Positions 8,075-17,510 are shown, counted from the stretch's first letter. The stretch: DNA of 64,000 nt from Gammaproteobacteria bacterium (GCA_016744395.1 JADGEK010000012.1:2986-66985); one strand, 5' to 3'. Notes: generated by a model not told the origin, from the sequence alone. Translations and numbers: made by a program.

Positions 8075-9267
8075 ACATAAAGACTCCAATTCTAAGATTC
8101 ATTCACTCTATTATCCTAGTTTTCTTACATATTGAACGCAGGTTGGAGCCCTGGTTCCGGCCCCAATTAAACCGTTTATTTCGAGAATTCATCGCTAATA
8201 TTACTCAGTATTTTATTAATTTTCAACGTAAGAATGAAGGTATGGAACTCGCACAAGAATTCATTACTCCTGATGAGGATCAAAGCCTTGATGATATCAT
8301 TGACTTGATGGCTGATCAGATGCGAGGACATTTTAAGCCTGGTCATTATGAACGAGGGGGAAATACAAAAACTCATGGAATTGTTCGTGCGCAAGTCATT
8401 ATTCATAAAGATCTCCCAGAAAAATTTCGTCATGGAATTTTTTCCAAAGCGACAACTTATGAGGCTTATGTGCGTTTTTCCGGGCCAGGACCCGATGTAC
8501 CCACTGATATTGACGATGTTGGTTTTGTCAGTATGGCAGTCAAATTGCTGGATGTACCTGGAGAAAAACTGCTGGATGAAGAAAAAATGACACAAGATTT
8601 CATCACGATCTGCACCCCCACTTTTGTGACTCCCAATACCCGTGAAAATGCGAAACTTCAGTATTGGAGTTTAATCGATATGCCTGTTTATTATTTCATA
8701 AACCCCAAAGATCCTCATTTTTTGGATTTAATCATGCAAGGTTTATGGAATGAAACCCAATATAACCCTCTGGGTCAGCGATATTGGAGTTGTGTTCCTT
8801 ATTTAATGGGTGAGGGTCAAGCAATGATGTATTCCTTTGTACCAAAAACTGAGGTTGAAAAACATATCTCTGGACTACCCTTTGGTACACCACCTGTTAA
8901 TTATTTACGAGATAATATGACAAAAACTCTAGCAGAAAAAGAAGTTGAATTTGATCTGATGGTACAACTACAGACTGATCCACATTTGATGCCAATCGAG
9001 AATGCGGCAGTTCGCTGGCCTGAAAAATTGTCTCCATTTATTTCAGTAGCCACAGTACATATCCCAAAGCAAAGTTTTAACTCTGAAGCTCAGTTTAAAT
9101 TTGCACAAAATCTTAAAATGAATCCATGGCATTGTATCCCTGAACATCGACCTTTGGGTAATCAAAATCGAGCACGTTTAAAGATGTATTATGAATTATC
9201 AAAATTCCGTCAGGAAATGAATCAGACAAAACATGTAGAGCCCAGTGGTAAAGAAATATTTGAATAA
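8071..9267 (+). CDS. Small catalase-related haemoprotein (second paralog)
   Basis: ATGA start/stop overlap with the DyP gene. Catalase-like GNTKTHGIVRAQV (distal-His position), HGIFSKATTYEAYVRFSGPG, and a C-terminal proximal-Tyr-type motif RARLKMYYELSKFR. Confidence 0.7.
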   Translation: MNIKTPILRFIHSIILVFLHIERRLEPWFRPQLNRLFREFIANITQYFINFQRKNEGMELAQEFITPDEDQSLDDIIDLMADQMRGHFKPGHYERGGNTKTHGIVRAQVIIHKDLPEKFRHGIFSKATTYEAYVRFSGPGPDVPTDIDDVGFVSMAVKLLDVPGEKLLDEEKMTQDFITICTPTFVTPNTRENAKLQYWSLIDMPVYYFINPKDPHFLDLIMQGLWNETQYNPLGQRYWSCVPYLMGEGQAMMYSFVPKTEVEKHISGLPFGTPPVNYLRDNMTKTLAEKEVEFDLMVQLQTDPHLMPIENAAVRWPEKLSPFISVATVHIPKQSFNSEAQFKFAQNLKMNPWHCIPEHRPLGNQNRARLKMYYELSKFRQEMNQTKHVEPSGKEIFE

Positions 9268-9377
9268 TCCATAAATTTTAGCTGAAAAAGGCTTTTCTTT
9301 TAGGTAGGGAAACGGCTTAAATATCTGTAAGCCTGTTATCCCTTTTATGGAAGCCAATAGCGATTACGAACCAGTAT

Positions 9378-10808
9378 TTATAAAGGTTTCAAATTGTGAT
9401 CTTTCAGGTTAATCAGTTTATCGGTTTGTTGGCGATTAAGTATCAAATCAACCAATGTCGTTGTATTTGGGTATAAAAAAGAAGTCCCTTCTCCGTCTTT
9501 TTTCGTACCATCATAGACAACAAATGTACCAGTTTTATAAGAAATATTAGGCAAAGGACTCGCAGCACTTACCTCCATAATAAGTCGAGCCTTCGATTGA
9601 TTTAAGGTTGCTTGCATTTCAGAAAGACTGTTGAGCTTGAGCATGAGTACCCTACAAGAAGGGTCAGCTGAGTGTTTATAATATTTTTTATTAAGTTGAT
9701 CATCAATCTCATGGGATAACTTAGAAAGCTCATTTTTTTTATCACCAGTCAAACCATTATCAACATAAAAGTGGATATAATAATCTTCAACAGAGCGATC
9801 GACATCATCGCGTGCGCTAAAAAAGAATTGTTGATACTTGTCTTTATAACGCCCTTCAGCCTTTAGATAATTTTTTTCGTTAATTTCCCTGAATTTCTCG
9901 GCTACTTCTGAATACTCATGAGAACTATTTACACTCATCGCTTTCTTGACCAATGACTTCGGTCCGATTCTTCTCTTAAAAGGCGCTTTGTTTGCCTCAA
10001 TTAAGGAACCGTGATTCATTTCATGGAAAACAGCAAAAGGGATATGATTAAATTTATTTTCTTTATGCCATTTTACCTTAGCAGGCTGTCCAGGGCTTAA
10101 AAAATCAATGGTACATTTTCTGGTATTGAGATTTGTGCCACAAATCCTTACCGTTCCATCGGTCCCTGGTTTTTTTCGGGCTTTTACGACAAAGGACTCC
10201 GCTTTGTCAGCATAATCAAACCCAGCAGCAAAAACAAAAGGATAGCATGTCAGATTTTCGTCCTCATTATTTAAAAAATAGTCAAAACCATGTAAATCCA
10301 TTTCTGAAAGTTCCCACTGAAAGGGACTGGCAGGTTCTAAGGCCTGCAAAACAATCTTACCTGACTCAAAAAAGTCCTCAGCCTTATATGAAAAAGGATT
10401 GAAAAAAGTTGAACGTAATCGCCCAAGAACTGATTGTCCCATGCTTGCCAGGTCAGAACCAAAGTTTGCAGGCGCAAAAAAAAGAATCCGTTTTACAGGG
10501 CAATCTATCTTAAGCCCCAACTCAATTTGGCGTTGACGGCGAAGGGCAAGCCAACTTCTTACAACTAACGCACCTGTACTGTGACAAGCTACATTAATTC
10601 GTTCGCCCTTATCAAAGTGTTTACTATAATCAGTATCTAGTTTATCAGCAAAATCACGAAAGGTCGCCTGATCATCCATACTCGCATAATCCGTATGAAA
10701 AACGTCTTTTTTATCTATTTTTAAATGTTCAACAAAAAAATCACGCAAACTTTTAAAGCTCATGGAACTATCAGAATATCCATGAATGATTAGCATTTTC
10801 TCAGCCAT
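9378..10808 (-). CDS. Alpha/beta-hydrolase (lipase/esterase-like) with an unknown C-terminal domain of about 300 aa
   Basis: N-terminal MLIIHGYSDS, a nucleophile-elbow-like VACHSTGALVVRSW (H-S-T-G), and FFAPANFGSDLA. The remainder is unrecognised. Confidence 0.6.
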   Translation of the reverse strand: MAEKMLIIHGYSDSSMSFKSLRDFFVEHLKIDKKDVFHTDYASMDDQATFRDFADKLDTDYSKHFDKGERINVACHSTGALVVRSWLALRRQRQIELGLKIDCPVKRILFFAPANFGSDLASMGQSVLGRLRSTFFNPFSYKAEDFFESGKIVLQALEPASPFQWELSEMDLHGFDYFLNNEDENLTCYPFVFAAGFDYADKAESFVVKARKKPGTDGTVRICGTNLNTRKCTIDFLSPGQPAKVKWHKENKFNHIPFAVFHEMNHGSLIEANKAPFKRRIGPKSLVKKAMSVNSSHEYSEVAEKFREINEKNYLKAEGRYKDKYQQFFFSARDDVDRSVEDYYIHFYVDNGLTGDKKNELSKLSHEIDDQLNKKYYKHSADPSCRVLMLKLNSLSEMQATLNQSKARLIMEVSAASPLPNISYKTGTFVVYDGTKKDGEGTSFLYPNTTTLVDLILNRQQTDKLINLKDHNLKPL

Positions 10809-11098
10809 ACAATCAACTCCCTTTTTTCGTTACTATTTAATTGGATCGAGACTAACTTATTCATATTTTAGTAGTTAACAATCAGTTTTGACAGGCTGTT
10901 TAATTATTATATGTTATTATTCATAATTTCCAATTATTTAACAAAAAAAGCGATATGTTTTTCATAGCTTCTAATTCTTGTAAACTATTACATTGGTGTT
11001 TCAGAAATTTATGTTGTTTGAGAAATTAATGAAGAACCACAAAAAAACTCGGCCATCGTAAATGAAACATCAGGTTGAATAGTTCTTCCTTGAAATTA

Positions 11099-11674
11099 TT
11101 ATGAGTCTTCTTCAGTATATGCTTCAACTATTGCACTATTAATTTGATAGCCTGCTTCACCAATTTCAGTTGTTGTTTTATCTAAGGTGAGTTTTCCAGA
11201 AATTTGTATTGGCTGATCTGCATCATCGATACTAATTTCTTGTCCAGGTGCTGTTTTAACGAGTATTGTTTGATTAGCTGGTGGTGCTGGAACGTGAATA
11301 CAGGCACCAAAATAAGGGACTAATAAAAACTCACTGATTTTTCCATTATTTTGTGTTAAAGGTGCAATAAAACCTGGTAGTTTAATCTGTTTATTGGCCA
11401 GTTTTTTATTGAGTGGAGCGACTGCCATTTCATCAATAATTTTTTGATAAATTATTTCCGCTTGAGAAGAGTCATCTCTTAAACTATCAATTTCTTCTTT
11501 ATATTTTAATATAATGGCGTTTGGGGAATATTCATCAGGGATTAGATCATCCCACTCAATTTCCTCTGCTTCCTGAATACTTTGAGCAATATTTTTTTCC
11601 TGGACCTCTACTGAACTGTCCTTCTCACAAGCGAATAAAAATAAAAAACAAAAAAATACAATATAATTTTTCAT
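11099..11674 (-). CDS. DUF3299-type lipoprotein (ZrgD-like)
   Basis: Lipobox LFACE. Hallmark EFLLVPYFGACIHVPAPPANQ. Last gene of the ZrgA-type cluster. Confidence 0.7.
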   Translation of the reverse strand: MKNYIVFFCFLFLFACEKDSSVEVQEKNIAQSIQEAEEIEWDDLIPDEYSPNAIILKYKEEIDSLRDDSSQAEIIYQKIIDEMAVAPLNKKLANKQIKLPGFIAPLTQNNGKISEFLLVPYFGACIHVPAPPANQTILVKTAPGQEISIDDADQPIQISGKLTLDKTTTEIGEAGYQINSAIVEAYTEEDS

Positions 11675-11684
11675 ATAGTTCCTA

Positions 11685-12941
11685 CTAAAATTTGACGGTT
11701 AAACCATCAGTTAATGATTGTTTGTAAGCAATATATCCTGGTATTAAACTTAATAACAAACTTAAAAAAACTGCAATGATTAATATTACAAACTGTTCAC
11801 TATCAAGAAAATTAATGGCCAGATGTAAACCATATAATTCAGTAATCAACGGCTGAATCAATATTTGTATCAGGTATAATGAAAGAACGCCAAAAAAACA
11901 GCCTGATGAAACCACAAATAATGCTTCTAAAGAAAACAGTATCATAATGTGATAAGGATGTGCACCCACTGCTCTGAGCACTGCCATTTCGCGACGGCGC
12001 TCATTTAATGTTGATAATAATGTAGTCAACAAACCCATCAGCCCTGAAAGCAAGACTAACGTCGATATAGTCATTAGTATTTTTTCAAAACTGCCCACCA
12101 TCTGCCATAAATTAGCCAGCGTGCTACCTGGCACAATAGCCAAAAGAGGTTCTTTGTTAAATTGGTTGATTTTACGCTGTAGACGAAATGTATCAATTTT
12201 TCTTTCAAGTCCAAGCATAAATGCAGTGATAGACTTTGGTTTTAAGGATGATTCTTGTGTTTGTTCAGCAGAGATGCTTAATGAAGAGCGTGAGCCTGAT
12301 TGCCAGCCTATATGAATAGCTTCAATGCCAGATAGTGAAACATGAATTGTTCTGTCAACTGGGGTGCCAGTCTTTTTCAAGATGCCAACAATACGAAAGG
12401 GTTTATCATCATGTTCTGAAAATTTTGTAGAAACAATACCATGAGATAAAATAATTTGTTTCCCAAGCGAATATTTTAATTGGTGAGCAACATCATAGCC
12501 AATCACAGCATCGTAAATATGATTAAACGCAGAGCCTGATAAAAATTTAAGTTGCTGAGAGTCTGCATATTGATAGTGACGAAAAAAATCTTGTGTGGTA
12601 CCCATAACTCTAAATCCACGATGAGAATCTCCCAGAGAAATGGGTACTGACCATTTAACTGATTTCATTTTTATAATGTCTTGATAAGATGCGTAGGATA
12701 CATTATTAGTTGCATTACCAATGCGAAAAACACTATACAATAATAGATTAATTGGTCCACTACGGGCACCAACAATCAAGTCTGTTTGCGAAATAGTATT
12801 TAAAAAAGTATTTTTAGCTTCTTTACGTATTTTATCAACACCCATCAATAAAAATATACTAATGGCAATTGATATCATAGCCAGGGATAAACTGGTTTTT
12901 CGATTCCACGCACTTTTGGCTGCCAATTTAAATAGTTTCAT
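11685..12941 (-). CDS. ABC transporter permease, FtsX/MacB-like (ZrgC-like)
   Basis: 418 aa. One N-terminal TM segment, a large periplasmic loop, three C-terminal TM segments, and the motif ERRREMAVLRAVGA. Confidence 0.8.
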   Translation of the reverse strand: MKLFKLAAKSAWNRKTSLSLAMISIAISIFLLMGVDKIRKEAKNTFLNTISQTDLIVGARSGPINLLLYSVFRIGNATNNVSYASYQDIIKMKSVKWSVPISLGDSHRGFRVMGTTQDFFRHYQYADSQQLKFLSGSAFNHIYDAVIGYDVAHQLKYSLGKQIILSHGIVSTKFSEHDDKPFRIVGILKKTGTPVDRTIHVSLSGIEAIHIGWQSGSRSSLSISAEQTQESSLKPKSITAFMLGLERKIDTFRLQRKINQFNKEPLLAIVPGSTLANLWQMVGSFEKILMTISTLVLLSGLMGLLTTLLSTLNERRREMAVLRAVGAHPYHIMILFSLEALFVVSSGCFFGVLSLYLIQILIQPLITELYGLHLAINFLDSEQFVILIIAVFLSLLLSLIPGYIAYKQSLTDGLTVKF

Positions 12942-12954
12942 TTGCCCTCCCCTA

Positions 12955-13644
12955 TTAAATTAAATCTACTTGATTAATATCTGACATTTCAACAACTCTG
13001 GAAAAATATTTTGCCAAATAAGGATCATGACTGACAAAAATGATGGTGCTTTTTTGTTGATCAGCTTCATAAAATAATAGTTCTAAAAATTTCAAACGAT
13101 TTTCTGTATCTAAAGCAGAAGTTGGTTCATCGGCGATAATTATTTCAGGGCTTCCAATCAGAGCTCGGGCGACTGCAACACGTTGTTGTTGACCCACGCT
13201 TAATGTATTCACTGATTTTCCAAATAAGTTTTTAGGTATTTGTAATTCTTGAAGTAAATTAACACTGGTTTGGTGTAAATCATCGATACGACTCATTCGT
13301 TTGTCAGAAAACCAACATGGTAATTGAACATTTTCCAGTAATGTCAAATAGGGTAAAAGATTGAATTGCTGAAATATTACCCCTAAATGATCGACTCTAA
13401 ATTGATCTAATTGAGTGCTCGATAAATTATTTAGCTCTACATCCAGGACTTGTACGCTTCCGAAATTCGGTTTATTGATTCCAGTAAGAATGTTTAACAG
13501 TGTTGTTTTCCCACTACCGCTGCTACCCTGAATAAATAAGTGCTCTCCTTGAGCAATTGTTAATTGATTAATATTTATTATTTCTGCAACGTGTGATGAC
13601 CAACTAAAGTGAACATCATTTAATTGAATAACGGGATTTTCCAT
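12955..13644 (-). CDS. ABC transporter ATP-binding protein (ZrgB-like)
   Basis: Walker A GSSGSGKTT, ABC signature LSVGQQQRVAVARAL, Walker B IIIADEPTSALD. Confidence 0.9.
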   Translation of the reverse strand: MENPVIQLNDVHFSWSSHVAEIININQLTIAQGEHLFIQGSSGSGKTTLLNILTGINKPNFGSVQVLDVELNNLSSTQLDQFRVDHLGVIFQQFNLLPYLTLLENVQLPCWFSDKRMSRIDDLHQTSVNLLQELQIPKNLFGKSVNTLSVGQQQRVAVARALIGSPEIIIADEPTSALDTENRLKFLELLFYEADQQKSTIIFVSHDPYLAKYFSRVVEMSDINQVDLI

Positions 13645-13826
13645 TTGTAAAAAGTCCTTAAAAGCATCTTGAAAATTTAAAACTTAATAACTGAATTAAC
13701 GCTACTTTTAACCGACCCATTCTTCAGAAAAGGAATTTGGAGGATTGAAAATCAACAACTTATCCCCCTATGGTCCCCCTTTGAAAAACAGGGAAGCTAA
13801 AAAATTAATCTAGAGATGGTCAGTAA

Positions 13827-14381
13827 TTAGAAATCAATATGACTATTGTTGATGCTTAAAGTCTTTGCTGATTGCTTATTATTAGACAGCCATTGAACAT
13901 CCAGTTGCTCAAAACCTGGAAAATTCTCAAACAGAGGTTTTAAGTTAACATTGGTTAAGTGCTTATTATCACCGCATTGATACTGATAAATCACTTCAAA
14001 CTCACTATGAGCTTCCTCATGAGCTTCTTCCTCGTGATGGTGAATTTCATCATTTTTATGGGAAAATGGTGACTCCACTTCAACAGATTTCAATTTGCAT
14101 TGTGCAGATTTTGGTATTATCAGAATGTTATCCGTTGTTTTCAAACGTGTAATAGCATTGGCTAGTAGTTGTTGCTGTTTTTCTGTTTTAGGTTGATGTT
14201 CAAAGCCTAAAATATTATGAGCAGGGCTGTGCAATTCAATGATGACATCCTCTTTGGAAATGGCGATTGCAAGTTCAGCTTTACCATGCTGATGTGCATT
14301 TTGTTGACGAGACTCTGTTTCAGCATAGGAAAAACCACTAAAAACAATAAAAAAAACAATAAGACATTGACTCATTTTCAT
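13827..14381 (-). CDS. zrgA: Zinc uptake protein ZrgA-like (DUF2796), periplasmic and His-rich
   Basis: Signal peptide. His/Glu tract HHHEEEAHEEAHSE plus scattered His residues. It sits directly upstream of the ABC ATPase, permease and DUF3299 genes, as in the Vibrio zrgABCD arrangement (recalled, not searched). Confidence 0.6.
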   Translation of the reverse strand: MKMSQCLIVFFIVFSGFSYAETESRQQNAHQHGKAELAIAISKEDVIIELHSPAHNILGFEHQPKTEKQQQLLANAITRLKTTDNILIIPKSAQCKLKSVEVESPFSHKNDEIHHHEEEAHEEAHSEFEVIYQYQCGDNKHLTNVNLKPLFENFPGFEQLDVQWLSNNKQSAKTLSINNSHIDF

Positions 14382-14459
14382 AAGTTATAGCTCCAAAAGG
14401 TATTGGGGATTAAAATACTATGAGCATATAAATACACTCAGATAAATTTATACTAAAAT

Positions 14460-14774
14460 TTAAGAAGCAGTCTGGTAAGGAGGTGCACGGATTAAATAAT
14501 CATTTTGAAAGAAATGAAGGCTAAATGAATTGAAATAGTTTATTGCAGAAAAAAAGAGGTTAGATGAGGGGATTGCAATATTATCAAACAGAGCATCATA
14601 TGATTGCTCAAGTGAAATAAAAATTTCACAAGATTCATCTTCTTGATGAAATGGATGCTCAGTCGCATGCACAAGCAATCCACTCTGACTAACGAGTAGC
14701 AGAGTAATAATGACAATTAGATGAAACCTTTTATAGCTGTTAAATTTCATAAAGTGCATTAATTGAGGTTGCAA
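14460..14774 (-). CDS. Small exported His/Cys-containing protein (possibly DUF2946-like)
   Basis: Hydrophobic N-terminus HLIVIITLLLVSQSGLLVHA, then TEHPFHQEDESCE, with a C-terminal RAPP. The start could instead be the ATG at 14750. It lies upstream of zrgA on the same strand. Confidence 0.35.
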   Translation of the reverse strand: MQPQLMHFMKFNSYKRFHLIVIITLLLVSQSGLLVHATEHPFHQEDESCEIFISLEQSYDALFDNIAIPSSNLFFSAINYFNSFSLHFFQNDYLIRAPPYQTAS

Positions 14775-14985
14775 AGTCCATGCTTAATCAAAGGTTATAT
14801 TAAATAAATTATTTATTATAGAGATACTAACATAATATTTTTCAGTATTTAAATTAAATATCACCTTCTTATATTAACTATCAATATTTTATTAATTGTG
14901 TATGAAGTATTTAGTGTAGAAATTTAACCCTTTCTTAACCCTCTTTGTAAGATAATAATCTCAGAAATATTTTTGAGGTTATTGA

Positions 14986-16353
14986 ATGAAAACGAATAAG
15001 ACATTAAGGCTGCTTTTTATTGCCACCTTAATCAGTGCTATTTATGCTTGTCAACACATTGATACAATTGAATCCAGCAGTCGAATTGAACAGGATTTAA
15101 GTGCACATAGCCAGTGGCAGTCTGAACAGTTTCATGCACAAACTGTTATACAACTCATAGACTTGCTGGCAATTCCTGAACTAAATGAATTGATTAATCA
15201 AGGTCTAAAGAATAATCCTGGCATTCAAAGTACCGCTTTAGCCATTCAAGTGGCTTACCTTCAGAAAAAAGTGACTCGAAGTGATGCTTTACCTGCAGTT
15301 CAATTGGATCTTGATGCAGATAACGCAAAGGGTAATGATACAACCTATAGCAATCGTTTGTCAGTGAGTTGGGAGCTGGATTTATGGGAAAGAATAGCAG
15401 ATTCTGTACGTCGAGACGAAATGTCAATTGCTCAAATTCAAAGCAATTATCAGGCGACTCGTGATGCTTTGGCTGCAGATATTATGCGTAACTGGCTGAA
15501 TATTATATACCAACAGCAACTGATCAAAACAGAAAAACAACGTCTTGGGGTTTTAAAAAAGAATCAAGATATTATTTTAAAGCGCTATCGAGTGGGTCTT
15601 GGAGAACTGGAAGATTTAGACACAGCCAATAGTACGATTGCTTCCACAAAAGGGACTCTGGTCGAGTATGAAGAAGAATTGGCCAATGCACATCGAAGTT
15701 TAAAGCAAATACTTGGCGAGCTGGCAATTGATTATCACCTGCCCACAATATCACATTTCCCCGCTGTGATTGTTCCTCTTGCAACTGAGCCTAAATTTGA
15801 TCTGGCAAGACGTCCTGATTTACAGGCAATTTATTATGATATTCTCGCAAAGCAATATGCCGTCAGTGTCGCCTATAAAATGTTACTGCCCCGCTTTAGT
15901 TTAACGGCTTCTTTAGAAGAAAGTAACTCCGATCTGAGTGATGTTTTATTTAAAAGTCCTGCATGGAATTTATTAGGGAATTTAACAGCACCTCTATATC
16001 AGGGTGGAATGCTCAGGGCTGAAGCTGAAATTGCAGAACTAGATAAGGAAAAGGCTTTTTTAAATTATAAAGAACAATTACTAGAAGCGGTATATGAGGT
16101 TGAAACAGGCTTAAGTCGTGAATATGCATTAGAACAACAACAAACCCATATTCGTGAGGCATTAAGAAATGCAAAACGCAGTGCGGCACACTATCAGCTT
16201 AAATATCGTAAAGGACTGGTTGATGTTTTGGATCTACTCACAGTTCAGAAAAAAACCTTTGATTTACAGATTCAGGTCACACAAATTATGTATCAGCAAT
16301 TAACGAATCGTATTGATCTCGGTCTGGCATTAGGATTAGGAGTAATGAAATGA
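14986..16353 (+). CDS. Efflux outer-membrane factor lipoprotein (NodT/TolC family)
   Basis: Lipobox AIYAC. Two-repeat OMF architecture with typical coiled segments. First gene of the RND operon. Confidence 0.8.
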   Translation: MKTNKTLRLLFIATLISAIYACQHIDTIESSSRIEQDLSAHSQWQSEQFHAQTVIQLIDLLAIPELNELINQGLKNNPGIQSTALAIQVAYLQKKVTRSDALPAVQLDLDADNAKGNDTTYSNRLSVSWELDLWERIADSVRRDEMSIAQIQSNYQATRDALAADIMRNWLNIIYQQQLIKTEKQRLGVLKKNQDIILKRYRVGLGELEDLDTANSTIASTKGTLVEYEEELANAHRSLKQILGELAIDYHLPTISHFPAVIVPLATEPKFDLARRPDLQAIYYDILAKQYAVSVAYKMLLPRFSLTASLEESNSDLSDVLFKSPAWNLLGNLTAPLYQGGMLRAEAEIAELDKEKAFLNYKEQLLEAVYEVETGLSREYALEQQQTHIREALRNAKRSAAHYQLKYRKGLVDVLDLLTVQKKTFDLQIQVTQIMYQQLTNRIDLGLALGLGVMK

Positions 16354-17510
16354 TAATAAATATAAAAGGAATGCCTATTATAGTGACTTTATTAGCCGTT
16401 GCCAGCATCATGGCTGCTATCAGTTATAATGCTGAAAACATGAAGCAACAAGAAATGGGCAATGTAAAAACTAAATCACTGAAGGCTCCTGACATTAGCG
16501 TTGTTAAAGTGCAACAGGCTGATTTTCAATCGGTTATAACTGGTTATGGTGAGGCACAGGCACACTATCAACTGGAGCTCACGAGCGAAGTGAGTGGAAA
16601 AATTGAAATATTATCAGCAGTGTTAGAAACAGGCCATAATATTAAAACATCTGATTTATTGGTGACATTGGATGATACTCAATACAAAGAGGCACTAGCA
16701 ACAGCCAAAGCAGATTATGCTGATGCCAGACTGGCTTTACTTGAGGAGCAAAGACGAGGACAACAGTCTCAATTGGAGTGGGAGCAATCTGGCCTAAAAG
16801 GAAAACCAGAATCCCCACTTGTCTTACGTCAACCACAATTAGACTTTGCACAGGCACGATTAGAACAAGCCAAAAACACACTTAAAACAGCACAGAAAAA
16901 CCTCAGTAAAACAAAGATCCATGCCCCTTTTAATGCGGTGGTAGTCAAGCGAAATGTTCAGCCTGGTCGTTTTCTACAAGTGGGAACTGCCATTGCCACT
17001 GTCTATAGCACTGATAAAATTGAAGTCATGATCCCTCTTTCAGGAAATAACTGGCAGTTGCTGACTCAAATAAAAAAAGGGGATCACAAATTCTGGACTA
17101 TTACTTTAACTAACATTGAAAATCAACAGCAATGGCAAGGCTATGTTGGTCGAGTTGAACAACATATCGATAATGACAATCGTCAACGAACTTTGGTAGT
17201 GATTGTTGAGGATCCCCTTCAACAGAAAATACCATTGTACCCAGGGACTTTTTTACGTGCAGAAATACCAGGAAAGATTTTACAAAATATCTGGCGTATC
17301 CCTGCCTCTGCCATTTCTCAAACGGGTGATATATGGGTGGTTGCTAAGGATAATACTTTAAGTCGATATCCTGTCACAAAACTTTATGGACAGGGAGAGT
17401 TCAGCTATATCCTACCCGTCAATGCTCAACAGCATGCATTAATTGTTTTAAGACCACTTAATAGTTATGTTGTAGGGATGCAAATAAACCCAAGAGAGAA
17501 CAAATCATGA
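16350..17510 (+). CDS. RND efflux periplasmic adaptor (membrane fusion protein)
   Basis: ATGA overlap with the upstream gene. N-terminal TM segment, a coiled-coil hairpin region, and the lipoyl/beta-barrel motif KIHAPFNAVVVKRNVQPG. Confidence 0.8.
   Translation: MIINIKGMPIIVTLLAVASIMAAISYNAENMKQQEMGNVKTKSLKAPDISVVKVQQADFQSVITGYGEAQAHYQLELTSEVSGKIEILSAVLETGHNIKTSDLLVTLDDTQYKEALATAKADYADARLALLEEQRRGQQSQLEWEQSGLKGKPESPLVLRQPQLDFAQARLEQAKNTLKTAQKNLSKTKIHAPFNAVVVKRNVQPGRFLQVGTAIATVYSTDKIEVMIPLSGNNWQLLTQIKKGDHKFWTITLTNIENQQQWQGYVGRVEQHIDNDNRQRTLVVIVEDPLQQKIPLYPGTFLRAEIPGKILQNIWRIPASAISQTGDIWVVAKDNTLSRYPVTKLYGQGEFSYILPVNAQQHALIVLRPLNSYVVGMQINPRENKS

Noticed and set aside
8176-8595. 139-aa antisense ORF inside the second catalase-related gene. 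Similar antisense ORFs lie at 6819-7037, 7281-7466, 10133-10402, 12121-12315, 12721-12963, 15194-15784, 16642-16881, 17950-20553, 20940-21146 and 21706-22221.
   Set aside because: All are embedded in CDSs with strong motif support on the other strand or in another frame. None has an RBS or a recognisable motif.
14382-14985. Search for a Zur box, including the AT-only palindrome AATAAAT-T-ATTTATT at 14803-14817.
   Set aside because: There is no match to the GTTATA...TATAAC core of gammaproteobacterial Zur boxes. A pure A/T 7-1-7 palindrome is expected by chance in this composition.
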